DNA of 64,000 nucleotides from Octopus vulgaris (Eukaryota): NCBI GenBank assembly GCA_951406725.2, contig OX597831.1:65224001-65288000 (forward strand), in the 5' to 3' direction. The translations under genes were made by a program, and so were the position numbers. This document shows, piece after piece, positions 1 through 13,100 of this stretch. The notes under the pieces are model-generated. The model ran no database searches and was not told the DNA's origin. It saw only the letters and a list, made by a program, of their open reading frames with translations. Position 1 is the stretch's first letter. Each line of letters starts with the position of its first letter.

Positions 1-984
1 GTCCAACCCGTGCTAGCGCGGAAAACGGACGTTGATGATGATGAATCTCTTCTACACGCAATGTAATATGTTTCAGCTAAGCAGCTTATATGAAAATACA
101 GTATCATATATGAAAATTTTATGTGAGGGAGAGAGGTTTGGCACAAAAATCTTGCAGCAACAATATCAGCAAATAGTAGTAGAGAAAGACATATTAAAAG
201 GAATGAATTAAAAACATTTTTGAAGACTACTAATTAAAAATGCATATATTAAGTCAGTGTGTAACAAAACATGAGGTCAACTTTGATTGAGCAGACCTAC
301 GACTAATGGCATTCCAGCTGTGACCATCCTGTCTATAAGGGTTACTGAGGACTACATTATTCAATGTGCCCTTCCTGTTTAAGACAATAGGTGTGATTTG
401 AGGGAAAATTTGGCTGTTATTTCTAGCAAGTAAACCAGCTGTAAAGAGGTTCCCTCATAGGCTCAACAACAGCAAAATATTACTGCAAAGGTTATTTTTT
501 AACCTTCTAATCAATGTAATTAAACAATATCAATAATTTATAACTTTATTATCGTTATAATGTACAAATTAAGAACAAAAATACCCAATGTTTATATGAT
601 GCTATTTTATCAAGAATTTCAGACTTGAATCTAGTCCAAGATTTCAGTATTCAATAGTCAAAGAGCTTCTTCACTGATCTCAGAGGTACATGCATTCTTG
701 CCATAGATAATGAACAGTTACAGTTTCATTGTGTGTGGTTTATTCCAAGAACACTTTTACATCTAGATTAACTCTCTGCTTAACTTGTAGCCATTTGCAA
801 CAAAATAAAATAATAGGTTTAAATACTTTGAATACGTGACAACATAACTCTAGATCCATATTGAAAAACCTACAAAAGTCTAGATTTAACAATGTTACTA
901 ACACAACAGCACAAACTATTACTAGCAGCAAGACTGTAAGATGTTTATGTTGGACAGGTACTATTATGGAACCAACTGTCTTAC

Positions 985-1077
985 CCATTAGAATAGTGGT
1001 AGACAGTCTCCTGACTTGAGCCACTGCTGCCACAGCTGGTTTTGCCACCGCCTGGGTTTGGGGAATACCATGTAATG
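985..1077 (-). CDS. ACO1: IRP exon 5 candidate: IRP2-type insertion exon (S-ITWYSPNPGGGKTSCGSSGSSQETVYHYSNG)
   Basis: Acceptor ttatttcattgcag| and donor GG|gtaaga; 93 nt, phase 2 to phase 2, open in frame with exon 4. PNPGGG aligns in register with the IRP2 sequence DFSKCAIQNAPNPGGG. Confidence 0.82.
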
Positions 1078-1298
1078 CTGCAATGAAATAACATGCAACA
1101 GGAATAGGATGGTGAAGCCCATCAAAGAAAAATAAATAAAGATAAAGGATGCATAAGTCTGAAATAAAACAATATTCTTTTGACAGAACTGTAAAAAAAA
1201 ATAACTGACAACCTAAGAAGAAAAAAAGCAGAAAAAGTCAACAGAAGAAAAAAATACTTGAAGTTTTACATGTATTGAAGTATATAGAAATTCTAATA

Positions 1299-1846
1299 CA
1301 GTAATCCCTCACCCATCGCTGGTGTTACGTTCCAAAATAGGTGAAAATCCACGAAGTACTGTACTTTTTTTTAAAACTAATTTTTATAATGAGCACCATC
1401 CGAGCGTGATCGTTGCCAGAGCACCCAACTGGCTTCCGTACCCATGGCACGTAAAAGAGCACCATTCGAGTGTGATCGTTACTAACGTCGCTTCACTGGC
1501 ACCTGTGCCGGTGGCACGTGTAAAAAGATTCGAGCGAGGACGTTGCCAGTGCCGCCTGACTGGCCCCCGTGCCGGTGGCACGTAAAAAGCACCACCCACT
1601 ACTCTCTCGGAGTAGTTGGCGTTAGGAAGGGCATCTAGCTGTAGAAACTCTACCAGATCAAGATTGGAGCCTGGTGCAGCCATCTGGCTCGCAAGCCCTC
1701 AGTCAAAATCGTCCAACCCATGCTAGCATGGAAAGCGGACGTTAAACGATGATGATAATGATATTTATTGTATTATAAATACAAAACACTACCACAGAGG
1801 AATCGATATAAGCCTAAATAAACCATGATGCAGTGAGGGATTACTG
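1299..1846. mobile_element. pogo/Tigger-like MITE interrupted by an RTE-tail repeat
   Basis: TA|cagtaatccctcac ... gtgagggattactg|TA terminal inverted repeats. Confidence 0.75.
1391..1762 (+). mobile_element. RTE-LINE 3'-region copy / RTE-mobilised SINE, (GAT)n tail family
   Basis: Repeated gtgccggtggcacgtaaaaagcacc units and a ...ccaacccatgctagcatggaaagcggacgttaaacgatgatgat tail. Other copies (approximate): 1-45, 2126-2404, 14986-15240(-), 20916-21190(-), 26703-26940(-), 27810-28067(-), 35056-35270(-), 35728-35869, 46911-46999, 52904-53330(-), 62035-62235. Confidence 0.85.
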
Positions 1847-2925
1847 TATACAAGAATTGTGCAGCATCTGAAAGACATAATTGGTATCTATTACCCATTC
1901 CTCTATAGCTGAAACACTAAATATTTCATTCACAAATAATTTACAAGTTCAACAAGTCTCATGCTCTCTCAATGGCAGTTGAAAATTTATATATTTAATT
2001 AGAGATTGATGTCTGTGTGACTCGTGATTTCATTACAGCTCACATTGTCCAATAAAGAATTTTAATCAAACTTCAAAAATTTTCTAACACACATACACAT
2101 CTCTTTTATGTTTACAACTGTAAAAAGCACAATCCGAATGTGGCCGATGCCAGCGCCGGCTTGACTGGCTTCTATGCCGGTGGCACGTAAAAAGCACCAT
2201 CTGATCGTGGCCGCTGCCAGCCTCCCCTGGCATGTAAAAAGCACCCACTACACTCACGGAGTGGTTGACGTTAAGAAGGGCATCCAGCTGTAGAAACACT
2301 GCCAGATCAGACTGGAGCCTGGTGCAGCCTCCTGGCTTCCCAGACCCCGGTCGAACCGTCCAACCCATGCTAGCATGGAAAACGGAAGTTAAACGATGAT
2401 GATGAATTCTCTTCTGTTCACTTTGTAATTAGAACTTAAGACATACATTAAACCAAAAACTAGTTGCATTATCACTGTGATCTTTAAATCGTTTCTAGGA
2501 ACATAAAGGCCATTCTAAATTTTGTACCAATGTACATGATGACAAATAGTGAACATCTTTAATATACTTAGCTTCAATGAGTTTGGGTGTATGATTTTTT
2601 AGTTCCCAGATTTTGCAGATCTTTACTCTGTAACCACAGATACACAAAAGTGAGCACCCATTCAATATTGACAAATTATATCACTTGGAAGGTTCCCTCT
2701 CTCTCTCTCTTTCGGAGAGGCACTAAACAGCTATATGCACATATACACACATCGCAGTAACTTCCGCCTACCGAATTCAATCACAAAGCTTCGGTCGGCT
2801 CGGGGCTATAGTAGAAGACACCTGCCCAAAGTGCCACACAGTGGGACTGAACCCGAAACCATGTAGCTAGGAAGCAAGCTCCCTAACCACACAGCCATGC
2901 CAGCGCCTAAACAGGAGATATATTA

Positions 2926-2958
<33 letters not shown>

Positions 2959-3218
2959 GTGAGTGTGTGTGTGTGTATGTGTGGCAGTTAACAGGCCCAA
3001 AAACCTGCCCTTTTTTGATTAAATCAATTAGCTTAGTCAGCTTCTGCCTGAAAACCCTGGCAATAATATCATGCCGACGGCAGCAAAGGGTGAAAGTTAC
3101 TTGTACAGAGAAATTGTCTTGGAAAAAATGCATAAAATTGAAGGGGGAAAGGGTGATAAGAAACGGCAAATAAAAAAATGAACTGAAAGGTATTTGTACG
3201 TATGTATTGTCTGTATAT

Positions 3219-3626
3219 ACTCTTTACTCTCTCTTTTACTCTTTTACTTGTTTCAGTCATTTTGACTGCGGCCATGCTGGAGCACCGCCTTTAGTCGAGC
3301 AAATCGACCCCGGGACTTATTCTTTGTAAGCCCAGTACTTATTCTATCGGTCTCTTTGCCGAACCGCTAAGTGACGGGGACGTAAACACACCAGCATCGG
3401 TTGTCAAGCAATACTAGGGGGACAAACACACACACACAAACACACACATAAATATACATATATATATACGACAGGCTTCTTTCAGTTTCCGTCTACCAAA
3501 TCCACTCACAAGGCATTGGTCGGCCCGGGGCTATAGCAGAAGACACTTGCCCAAGATGCCACGCAGTGGGACTGAACCCGGAACCACGTGGTTGGTTAGC
3601 AAGCTACTTACCACACAGCCACACCT
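3219..3626 (-). mobile_element. tRNA-derived SINE (family A)
   Basis: Reverse complement of the 8133-8521 copy: tRNA-like head with B-box ggttcagtccc, internal (TA/TG)n, tail gtaaaagag repeats. Confidence 0.9.
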
Positions 3627-3659
3627 GATATATATAGTAGTAAGTATATATATATACTT

Positions 3660-4260
3660 ACTTCACACACCAGCAAAGTCATGGAACAGATAGTCAGAGG
3701 GAAACTAATCGCATTCCTTGAAGAAAATAACTTGCTGAGTGATACCCAGCATGGCTTTCGACCTGGTAGGAGCTGCCTGACCCAGCTCTTACAACATTAT
3801 GACTGGGTGTGGAGGCAGTTACTCAACAACTCAAATGTGGATGTAATATACCTTGATTTTGCAAAAGCTTTTGACAAAGTGGATTATGGTATGATATGCC
3901 ACAAACTGCATGACCTCGGCATAGCTGGAAAACTTGGAGAGTGGTTACATGACTTTCTGAAAGACAGAAGTCAGGCAGTAGTGGCTAATGGAGCCACCTC
4001 TATGAAAACACAAATAGTGTGCGGTGTTCCACAAGGCACTGTCTTGGGACCACTGCTTTTTATAGAGGCCCTCTCAGATATGCCCTCAAGAACCCGGATA
4101 GCCACTCTGGCAAGCTATGCAGATGATACAAAAGTCTTGCAGAAAACGGAGAACCCCAGAAATGTTGCATATCTGCAGCAGGAGTTGGACTCAATTTACA
4201 GATGGGCTGAGGATAATAATATGCACACACACACACACATGCTCTGAAAAATTCCAAGCT
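3660..4260 (+). mobile_element. CR1-clade LINE reverse transcriptase fragment
   Basis: QHGFRPGRSCLTQL, VIYLDFAKAFDKV, GVPQGTVLGPLLF, YADDTK motifs. Confidence 0.92.
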
Positions 4261-4392
4261 TTTAGCCCTGGCATTTGAAGCTCTGAGTTCTCTTATGACA
4301 ACTTGCTGATTGTCTTATACTATATATATAAATTCCTCTATGTTCATAATATCGAGGTTTCGTTCTTTTGTTGCCATTTTATTGTTATTAAT

Positions 4393-4414
4393 TAATATAT
4401 ATATATGTATATAT

Positions 4415-4459
<45 letters not shown>

Positions 4460-4607
4460 GATATATATGTTTATATATATATGTATTTATATATATACAT
4501 GTGTATATAATTATAAAGAGGAATTTATATATACATATACATGAGTATATATGTATGTGTGTGTATATATATATACATACATACACATATACATACATAC
4601 ATGTTTG

Positions 4608-4642
<35 letters not shown>

Positions 4643-4705
4643 GTGTATGTGTGTGTCTATATGTATGTATGAGTATATATATATATATATGTATATATAT
4701 ATGTG
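4393..4705. repeat. Compound (TA)n/(CA)n/(TG)n microsatellite
   Basis: Direct inspection; source of spurious YI/HT-rich ORFs. Confidence 0.95.
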
Positions 4706-5951
4706 CCTTTCGAAACACGTGTAGAATGAAATAAAACGATTTCTGTTCAATCTGCGTTCAGCTCCATTTCTTCAATTCACCAATAATGTTCTAATTTCAA
4801 TTATCCGCACCAACGCACGGTTGCAACACCATATGGTTGTACCTCCAGCCGTGCTGTTTTACTGCTGTGATTTTTGCTACTAAGGTATCGGTTAAACTTT
4901 TGATTAATCTACTACAAGATTATTCATCTTTCTATTTCACATAATATATGTATATATATATATATAGGGAGAGAGAGTGAATGAGAGAGAGACAGACAGA
5001 GGGAGAGGAGCTGCTTGCAAACAGGTAGAGAGGATGGAGGTTGTCTGTAGAGCTAAAGGTCATCATATAAAATACAGGAAAGAACAAAAGAGGAAAAAAA
5101 ATAGAAGACAGAAGGAGAAAGAGACTGAAGAACCGTAGAGACCTTTGTGAATGATAGAGGCAATAGAAAAACAGAGAAAAGAAGAAGGTTGAGTGAGAGA
5201 AAGAGTCATGACAAGAGTGAAGAATACAAAGAGCACACAATTAAGTAATGCACACAAAACTGTGGAAAAAAAGAAAGAAGGAAGTGGTAGAGAAAGTAAG
5301 GGAGGGCGATATGCACACACACACACACATGCTCTTAAATGCAGATACAGAAAAGGTCAAACACTGGAACATGCTCATACAGAGGAGGATAGGAAGGAAA
5401 TTCTAGATGCCAAAGCAGAAATCACAGGGAGACAGGAGATAAAGAGCAGTATTAAAATATCCTTTATTTTTAAGCCAGGGTTAGAGAGGAGATCCCATGT
5501 CAGATAAAAGAGCACTGGCTACGTCTACTGTGAGTGGTGAACAAGATACAGTAGCAGATCAATCTGTAGATAGCAATAGTAATGGAATGAATGATTAGAT
5601 CAATGTCTGTCTACTAGTTTTAAGACATTCCAGCTGTTGTCTCATAAATCAAAACAGTCTCCATAAGTTTGTTCAATAAAGACGTAGACAAGAGATAATA
5701 AATAATACAACTAATCTGACAATGCAAAAAAAGTATCATTAATTATTGATTAATATTTCTTCCTTTTATCATCTTCTATACAATTATATGTTCTGACCAT
5801 TAAGTATGCCATTCACTAAACTATTCTAATTATCCGGTGAATAATATTAATGGGTGATTCATTCGCTAATACTTCCATATGGTGCAGTGATGATGGACTT
5901 GTTCTATCATTTACCATGATCCACTAATATAATTCTATGTTGCAATGGAGT

Positions 5952-6335
5952 GCGCAGGAGTAGCTGTGTGGTAAGTAGCTTGCTAACCAACCACATGGTT
6001 CTGGGTTCAGTCCCACTGCGTGGCATCTTGGACAAGTGTCTTCTGCTATAGCCCCGGGCTGACCAATGCCTTGTGAGTGGATTTGGTAGACGGAAACTGA
6101 AAGAAGCCTGTCGTATATATGTATATATATATGTATGTGTGTGTGTTTGTTCCCCTAGCATTGCTTGACAACCGATGCTGGTGTGTTTACGTCCCTGTCA
6201 CTTAGCGGTTCGGCAAAAAGTCCGATAGAATAAGTACTGGGCTTACAAAAAGAATAAGTCCTGGGGTCGAGTTGCTTGACTAAAGACGGTGCTCCGCAGT
6301 CAAATGACTGAAACAAGTAAAAGAGTAAAGAGTAA
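5952..6335 (+). mobile_element. tRNA-derived SINE (family A)
   Basis: Same head, body and tail as 8133-8521. Confidence 0.9.
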
Positions 6336-6656
6336 TGGTCCTACTTCTAATCAATCGACCATATTTTAACTTTTAGTAAAAATATTAGGTCATTTCCTGT
6401 CCAAATCAGTAAGGCTATTTCTCACCTTAATTACACTATGGATCTGTATTACAAATCTATCTCTCTTACAAAACAATGTCACACATAAATTTTTCTCTGC
6501 ATCAAATCACATTTCTAAAGAATATCTTATTGTGTAACTACCGCAAAAACCAGTTTATTATACATTAACACTTCAGTATATTCAGTAGAGTAGTAGCTAA
6601 CATGTATGTAAATTGTGGTCGTATTGTTCAAACTAAGTAATTTTGGATTTTGTATC

Positions 6657-7001
6657 AGATCTTTTCGGTTTGAACAGCAGTTTTTTCTAGGGTTAGAGGT
6701 GGGGGGAAGGGTATCTTTCTTTCTTCACAAATGTAAATAAACCCAATCGGTTTCTTAAACGAGGGACATATTCATACAGCACAGAATGTTGTTTTTTTTA
6801 CCTCAATGGACGTCATTGATTGGTTGAAATTGCAGAAATTGAAGGAAAAAAACAACAAATATCTTACAAACTATAGAATTTTCTCAATAAAGCCAAGAGA
6901 AAAAGATGTTTTATAAACACATTCTACCAGTATACGAAGTTTAAAATTTTTTAGTTACCTACAAATTATGTTAAAAACTACCATTCAAACCGAAAAGATC
7001 C
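6657..7001. mobile_element. Internally deleted TIR element, same family as 55897-56624
   Basis: TIR gatcttttcggtttgaa ... ttcaaaccgaaaagatcc; TSD tttgtatc at 6649-6656 and 7002-7009. Confidence 0.85.
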
Positions 7002-8132
7002 TTTGTATCAACTGATATCAAAATCAGTTGTGACACCAAAATTTCACTGGCTCCAGTCTGTGTCAAAATAGAAACCTAATATCCACCTTATGTTTCCATT
7101 GCTTCAGCTAAGCTCATCCTTGCAGAACTGACATTCCTTGTAATTAACAAACGTAATTAGTCCCAACACAAATACAGAAGCAGGTTTTCAATGACACTGA
7201 TCAAACTTGAAACCACTTCTACATAACTGTTCTTTACTAACTCATTTATATTTAGTCATGTGTGTGTGTGAGTGCCTGTGCCTGTGTGCATGCATGCAAG
7301 TGTAAAAACCCTGTAAAAATACTTTCTCATAAGACCTGGCTGTAACCAAGCTTAATTTGTCAGTTTTCCATTCGCAAAACTTGATGGCAATATTAACCAT
7401 ATAAGAAAGCCATATTTTTTATCATTGTCTTTTTTTTTTTTTTATATCTTCTTTGGTCACTACTGTCACACATCACAACTTGGACAAAATATATTCCCAA
7501 TACATTAATTTACAATACTGTTACTATTTTCAATAATTCATTGTAAAAAAATTCAAGAACGGTCTGCAATCCCAGCCCACTTTTCTATTGGTTTGCAAAA
7601 GTAATTCTAATAAAAAAGAAACAGAAAATCTTCAACTTAAGAATGTTCTTTTAATACATAAACAGAGAATGTCTATAAATCTTTGAGCAGTTTCAGTTTA
7701 ATCTTTTGTTTTAAATCATAAACATATGTCAACTAATACAATGCATAATGTTCATCACAAGTGTACATTACTTGAAATAATTTCTGTCAAATTTTACTGA
7801 TAAGTATTCTTCACAAGTCAAAACAGGTGACATAAAATTAATTTACATCTATACCTTTAGATAAACTTTTGTAGATTCGGCTGTGAAGGTGAATAATTTT
7901 AAATAATGAAACAAAGCAAATCTAAACAGGTAGAATATTTCAAGTGATTACTTTTACAATTGTGAAAGGTTGGCCAGTTAAACCAATTATGAAAGTAGTT
8001 AGATTAGCAAAGTACAGCAGAATAGACTCGAGTCAGATTTGAACTTGCACTCATTTGATCAGAAGCATAGTGTCTTAACTTCAACCATTGTGTTTCACAT
8101 GATTTTCAGACATTTGCTCAGTTTATATATAA

Positions 8133-8521
8133 GGCGTAGGAGTGGCTGTGTGGTAAGTAGCTTGCTTAACAACCACATGGTTCTGGGTTCATTCCCACTG
8201 CATGGCACTTTGGGCAAGTGTCTTCTACTATAGCCTCAGGCCAACCAAAGCCTTGTGAGTGGATTTGGTAGACGGAAACTGAAAGAGGCCCGTCGTATAT
8301 ATGTATATATATGTGTGTTTGTGTGTCTGTGTTTGTCCCCCCAACATCGCTTGACAACCGATGCTGGTGTGTTTACGTCCCCGTAACTTAGCGGTTCGGC
8401 AAAAGAGACCGATAGAATAAGTACTAGGCTTACAAAGAATAAGTCCTGGGGTCGATTTGCTCAGCAAAAGGCGGTGCTCTAGCATGGCCACAGTCAAATG
8501 ACTGAAACAAGTAAAAGAGTA
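8133..8521 (+). mobile_element. tRNA-derived SINE (family A), near full length
   Basis: ggcgtaggagtggctgtgtggtaag (A-box) ... gggttcattccc (B-box) ... ggcggtgctctagcatggccacagtcaaatgactgaaacaagtaaaagag tail. Further copies (approximate): 2761-2907(-), 23483-23889(-), 30237-30480, 52200-52563, 60237-60385, 62714-63094(-). Confidence 0.92.
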
Positions 8522-8996
8522 AGTGAATACCTATCTAATACTAACAACTGTGAAATTATAGTGGAACCTGTTTGTCAGCCAATCTGATAGAGAAGAAACA
8601 GAGTTGTGTCTTAAGATCCGCATCACAACTCAACTTTGAGGTTTGTGGTCTTTAAATCCTTAACTACTGCACTTCTTACTTAAGCTATGAAAAGAATTCT
8701 TTTAAAAATTATTCAGCCTATATTCTGCTTAGCTGGTAAGTAAATGATAAAAAGTTGCACCAAGCTAAAGCACATTTAATTATAAACTACTCAAGTTTCT
8801 AAATAATACCACTTAGACTAATTAGAAATTTAAAATTTATAGAATATTAGATATTGCTCAAATGAAAGGGATTGTGTAGTATTCTTTTCTTTGAGATAAT
8901 TGAAAAAACAATTATCATTAAATTTTAACAAGAAATCAGAAAAGGTTTTGTGCTCACTTAAAAAAAGAGGATAGATCAGATGAACATTTTACAAAG

Positions 8997-9043
<47 letters not shown>

Positions 9044-9446
9044 AAGAGAGAGAGAGAGATATGAAGGAATTGGTTAATGAAATTTAACAGAGGGATGAAA
9101 TTTCTGGATATATATTCTAACATATAAGGTGTTAAGATCTTGTTAAATCCAGAAAATTAAATAGCAAAATTAAAACAAAACTTTTTTCTTTTTGCATTTT
9201 ATCTGTATTAGAATATAGGGTATCTCACAACGTACATCTAACCACAAACGCAAAGTCTTTACAAACCAACAAGGAAACCTCTTCATGATCACTCAACCTC
9301 CTAGCAATCTTCCTTAAATCAAACTTGACTGTCTTAATAAATGACATGGTGGATAAAGAGAGCCTTGAGACACAGACAAGAGAGCCACAGTTGGAAAGCT
9401 TCTGGTCATAGGACTGGTCAATCCAAGCTGACCTGTGTCTAATAAA

Positions 9447-9666
9447 CACTTTAGCATTTAAACAGACCATATCCAGCCCAAATATTCTAGCTGTTTTATA
9501 TTCAAACCGACCAGATCTGGCCTATCACTCCAACCATACAATGTCACCCTAAAAATAAACAATCACATCATTGAAACCTCAAAGCTACAAGATAATGCAT
9601 GATTAATTCAAAACAATTTGGATTAATAAGCATTGCATTTAACAGAGTAATCTGAACCCTCAAGGG
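9447..9666. mobile_element. piggyBac-like MITE copy 1
   Basis: Homologous to 9889-10108; ends aaggg|TTAA. Confidence 0.75.
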
Positions 9667-9888
9667 TTAAAACAGTTCTAGGACAATTACTAACGATAAA
9701 TTTCGCCATTCAGGAGTCAGGAGACAAAGTTTATAAAATGAGAAACATTCAGACCTAATTATTTAGGCATTGTTGATTCTCTCAATCTGAAATGCTTAAT
9801 TTGATTTTTCATACATACACACATACACACAGCAATACTTAAAATGGAAAAAAAATTTTTAATGTGTTGGTGCAACAGAATGGTTTAA

Positions 9889-10108
9889 CCCTTTAGCATT
9901 TAAACCGGCCATATCCGGCCCAAATTTTCTACTTCTTTTATGTTCAAGCCATCTAGATCTGGCCTCTCACTCATATCCTACAATGACATCCTCAAAATAA
10001 ACCATCACATCATCAAATTCTCAGAGCTACAAGATAATGCAGGATTAATTCAAAACAATGTGAATGAAAAAGCATTATATTTGACAGAGTAATCTGAACA
10101 CTAAACGG
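9889..10108. mobile_element. piggyBac-like MITE copy 2
   Basis: TTAA|ccctttagcattta ... tgaacactaaacgg|TTAA. Confidence 0.8.
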
Positions 10109-10253
10109 TTAAATAAAATAGTTGGAAATTAAAAATTTTAGCAACCTGAGTTCATGTAAAAGATTCTATAAAAAGATTTTTAAAAAAGTGTGAGCAATGT
10201 GACCAATAATTTATTTGTAATTCTATAGGAAGAAAGTGGTAGGATATATTTAC

Positions 10254-10391
10254 CTTCTGGAAACATCCACTTGTACTGAGTGATCAATGACAAGATCAGC
10301 AGGACACACAGGGTTTATTTTAGCTGGATCACCACCCAACCGTTTGACCACATCTCGCATGGCTGCGAAGTCAACAACAGCAGGGACACCA
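10254..10391 (-). CDS. ACO1: IRP/cytosolic aconitase exon 4 ([13 protein letters not shown]...[22 protein letters not shown])
   Basis: ttctag| ... AG|gtaaat, 138 nt; contains the DHS active-site motif; nearly identical to IRP1 in this segment. Confidence 0.97.
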
Positions 10392-10935
10392 CTAGAAAAA
10401 TTATACATATGGTTCAAATGTACAGAAAATAAAAGACAGAGAAAGGTGAGGGAACAATAGGCAGTTGTATTAGTTTGACGCTTGGGAAACACGGAAAAGG
10501 CTTTGCCGTTTAAAGCACATGCTTTTCAACAGAAAGGGACAAGGAAAAAATGAGGAGAGAGAGAAAAAAATGTATTGGGATTGCTGTGTGTGCACGCATC
10601 TGTGCACATGCGCGAAAATTTGCAACTTCTTACTCGTAAATAAAAGTTTCTGATATCTTCAAAAATATTTTTGTAATACATGTTTCAAATAACATCTATA
10701 TATATAAAACTCAACTTGTGTGTCTGTGTTTGTATCTGTGTGTTTATTTTAATTCACCTATACCACTAGTAACATGGGATAGGTCATAAATGCTATTTAT
10801 TTCCTCAAATTACAAAACTATGTTGATCTTTCATCTAGTCAAGAAAGATACCAACATTTAATAAATGATACCTTCAAATGTGTTAAAACTAGAATACTAA
10901 AATTGATAAATGGCAATAAAATATAATGGCCTTAC

Positions 10936-11104
10936 GTGAAATCCTGCAGTAAAACCCTGGCAGGTTTAAAAGGTATTTCAATACTCTCATCTTGGTTCAC
11001 CTCCCAATTCAAGATATTTTCAACATCTTTAGTATGAATGTGAAAATGGTCACAGTTTCTCACACAAGATTCCAATAAAACTCTGATAGAAAAAGGCAAT
11101 CTCT
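10936..11104 (-). CDS. ACO1: IRP/cytosolic aconitase exon 3 ([19 protein letters not shown]...[14 protein letters not shown])
   Basis: tttcag| ... |gtaag, 169 nt, phases consistent with neighbouring exons; hallmark aconitase A/IRP motifs [11 protein letters not shown] and [13 protein letters not shown]. Confidence 0.97.
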
Positions 11105-11507
11105 CTGAAATAGGAAATAAATATTTCATCTGTCAACCTGACATTTCTAGACACAATAAAGTAAACTTATACCTCGATGAATAGATGTTTTTTTTTTTTC
11201 ATATAAGTATCAAATAATAGCAAACAAATTATTACTATAAAATGTTTTTTATGATAAGCAATTTACACAGTCTTAAAATTAGATTTAATTCTTACCTTAT
11301 GAGATAATTTATAAATAAAACAAATTTTAACCAAAAATTTTTATATGTGAATTTCAGGTATTTAACATATGCATTTGTTACACAAAAATACGCAAACTGT
11401 ATATGTTATATAAGTCCCAGATCGACCAACCTATTTTTATTTTCAGACATATCTATGACTACATTAACCAATGTATCCTCCCTTTCGTAACTCTTCCAAT
11501 ATTAATC

Positions 11508-11802
11508 ATCCAACCAAAGTACAAATATATGGGAAACTACCACCTGTATCATCTCTTGTAAAAGGTAGAAGAGTCCAGTTTGCTGGACATTGTTGTAGAG
11601 CAGAAAACGAGGTAATTTCTACTCTTCTCCTCTGGAAGCCATCTACTCGCGATACCAGAGGGCGCACACTCTCCCACCCTGATGTAATCTCCAGGGATAC
11701 AGGCATCCAGCAACAGGACCTCTGTAATGCTATGATGGACTGTGAAGTCTGGCGTAACATAATAAATTCCATTGTCTCGACCACGGTCGAACAATGATGA
11801 TG
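11508..11802 (+). mobile_element. 5'-truncated RTE-clade LINE 3' end
   Basis: ORF end ...VQFAGHC...NSIVSTTVEQ-stop followed by (TGA)n; TSD attaatc at 11501-11507 and 11803-11809; same family as 44100-44506 and 54925-55448. Confidence 0.88.
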
Positions 11803-13004
11803 ATTAATCTGCTTGAAACCAACCTTGCTTCTATGGTGTAAAACCATCTGTTTTAAAGATTTACATTCAAATTTACACCTTTGATAATTTTATGCAAGAA
11901 TCTTAATAACAGAATCTTTATGCAGTACAATAATAGGGAGTTAGATAGTTTAATTAAATCCTTTGAAATTCATAGTTATTTTCTAAATTATATAAAATCC
12001 ATGGGTAGTGTAATTAAGAACATGGTTATAAAGTAATTTCAAGCTGGTGGTTTCAGGTTTATTTAGCTGCTATTTCTATCAGGTCTAATGACAGAAGATG
12101 GAACATGAAAGTTCTCAATACATACATTGGGAGTGTATAGAGATGAATTGATACGTATTTTTTAATTACATATACAATACTACATTACAAATTCTTACAA
12201 CAGCTACATATGACAATTATATAATGCTCTTAAAACCAACATGTCTATTTAAGCATAGAACATGTTTCTAATTAAGAATAAAAATGAAATTCTCAGTTGC
12301 AAAAATAAATTCATACATAAAATAGAAAACTAATCGAATACAACAGGCCAGCTTATTCTGATTGTTTGGAACTAAACATTACATAACCATCAGTGAAAGT
12401 ATCAAATTGCCTAAATAAGCAGAATGGCTATTAATTACAAAAGAAATTACTATACTTGAACTGCTAGCTTCTAAAAAGTGTATACCATTAAAAAAAAAAT
12501 AATAATAATTTCATGAAGAGAATGATCTAAATTATTTCCTTCAGCCATTATCATATATATGTTGGTAATAACAGTAATCAAAGAACAGTATTAAACTGAT
12601 TCTCACTTCTATCTTAAAGCTTCGTCAGCTATGAGAAGTTTTCAGCATTTGTTTAATAATTCATTCTTTTAATATAGCTAGAAATATATTCCAATAAGCA
12701 GCCACAAAGAGAAAAAAAAAGATGGACCATATATTTCGGGATTTTTATTTTATTTTTTTATGCAAAAATTTAAACATCTGTAAAAAATATTTCAAGCTAA
12801 TTAATGACCTCATACAAGATATTAATGAGAAAGCTTTATTATTAGAGTCATATAATGAGAAGGAAATATTTATCCAAGGTTATTAAGTCTACTGGTTAAC
12901 ATACCATGTTAACGTACTAACAAAAGCTAAAATACTTTCAAACATTAAAATTTTCAACAAACTATTTCCTATTAACAAAATAAGAAATTTTAAAACATAC
13001 GTAC

Positions 13005-13100
13005 CATATCTAACATCGTTCAGTTCTGGAAGGCTGAAATAACGATAATTCTCCCCATTTATTGTTGCTGTCTGGATTAAGTGGGCATAAGGATTCTGAT
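13005..13100 (-). CDS. ACO1: IRP/cytosolic aconitase exon 2 (DQNPYAHLIQTATINGENYRYFSLPELNDVRY)
   Basis: tgtag| ... |gtacgt splice sites, 96 nt. The translation matches the IRP1 N-terminus (human MSNPFAHL...FFNLNKLEDSRY). The ORF track shows this region in the wrong frame. Confidence 0.92.

Noticed and set aside
740-1048. 102-aa minus-strand ORF MAKPAVAAVAQ... with a hydrophobic stretch
   Set aside because: It is an alternative frame over the 985-1077 exon running into intron; it has a GTG start and no recognisable homology.
1391-1600. Regularly spaced palindromic units resembling a CRISPR array
   Set aside because: Eukaryotic context, the 'spacers' are homologous to each other, and the units are part of an RTE-associated repeat.
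1078-10253. Expected constitutive IRP exon (ADSLQKNQDLEFERNRERF-like)
   Set aside because: Not found in this interval by eye; it probably lies left of the window, consistent with the insertion exon preceding it.
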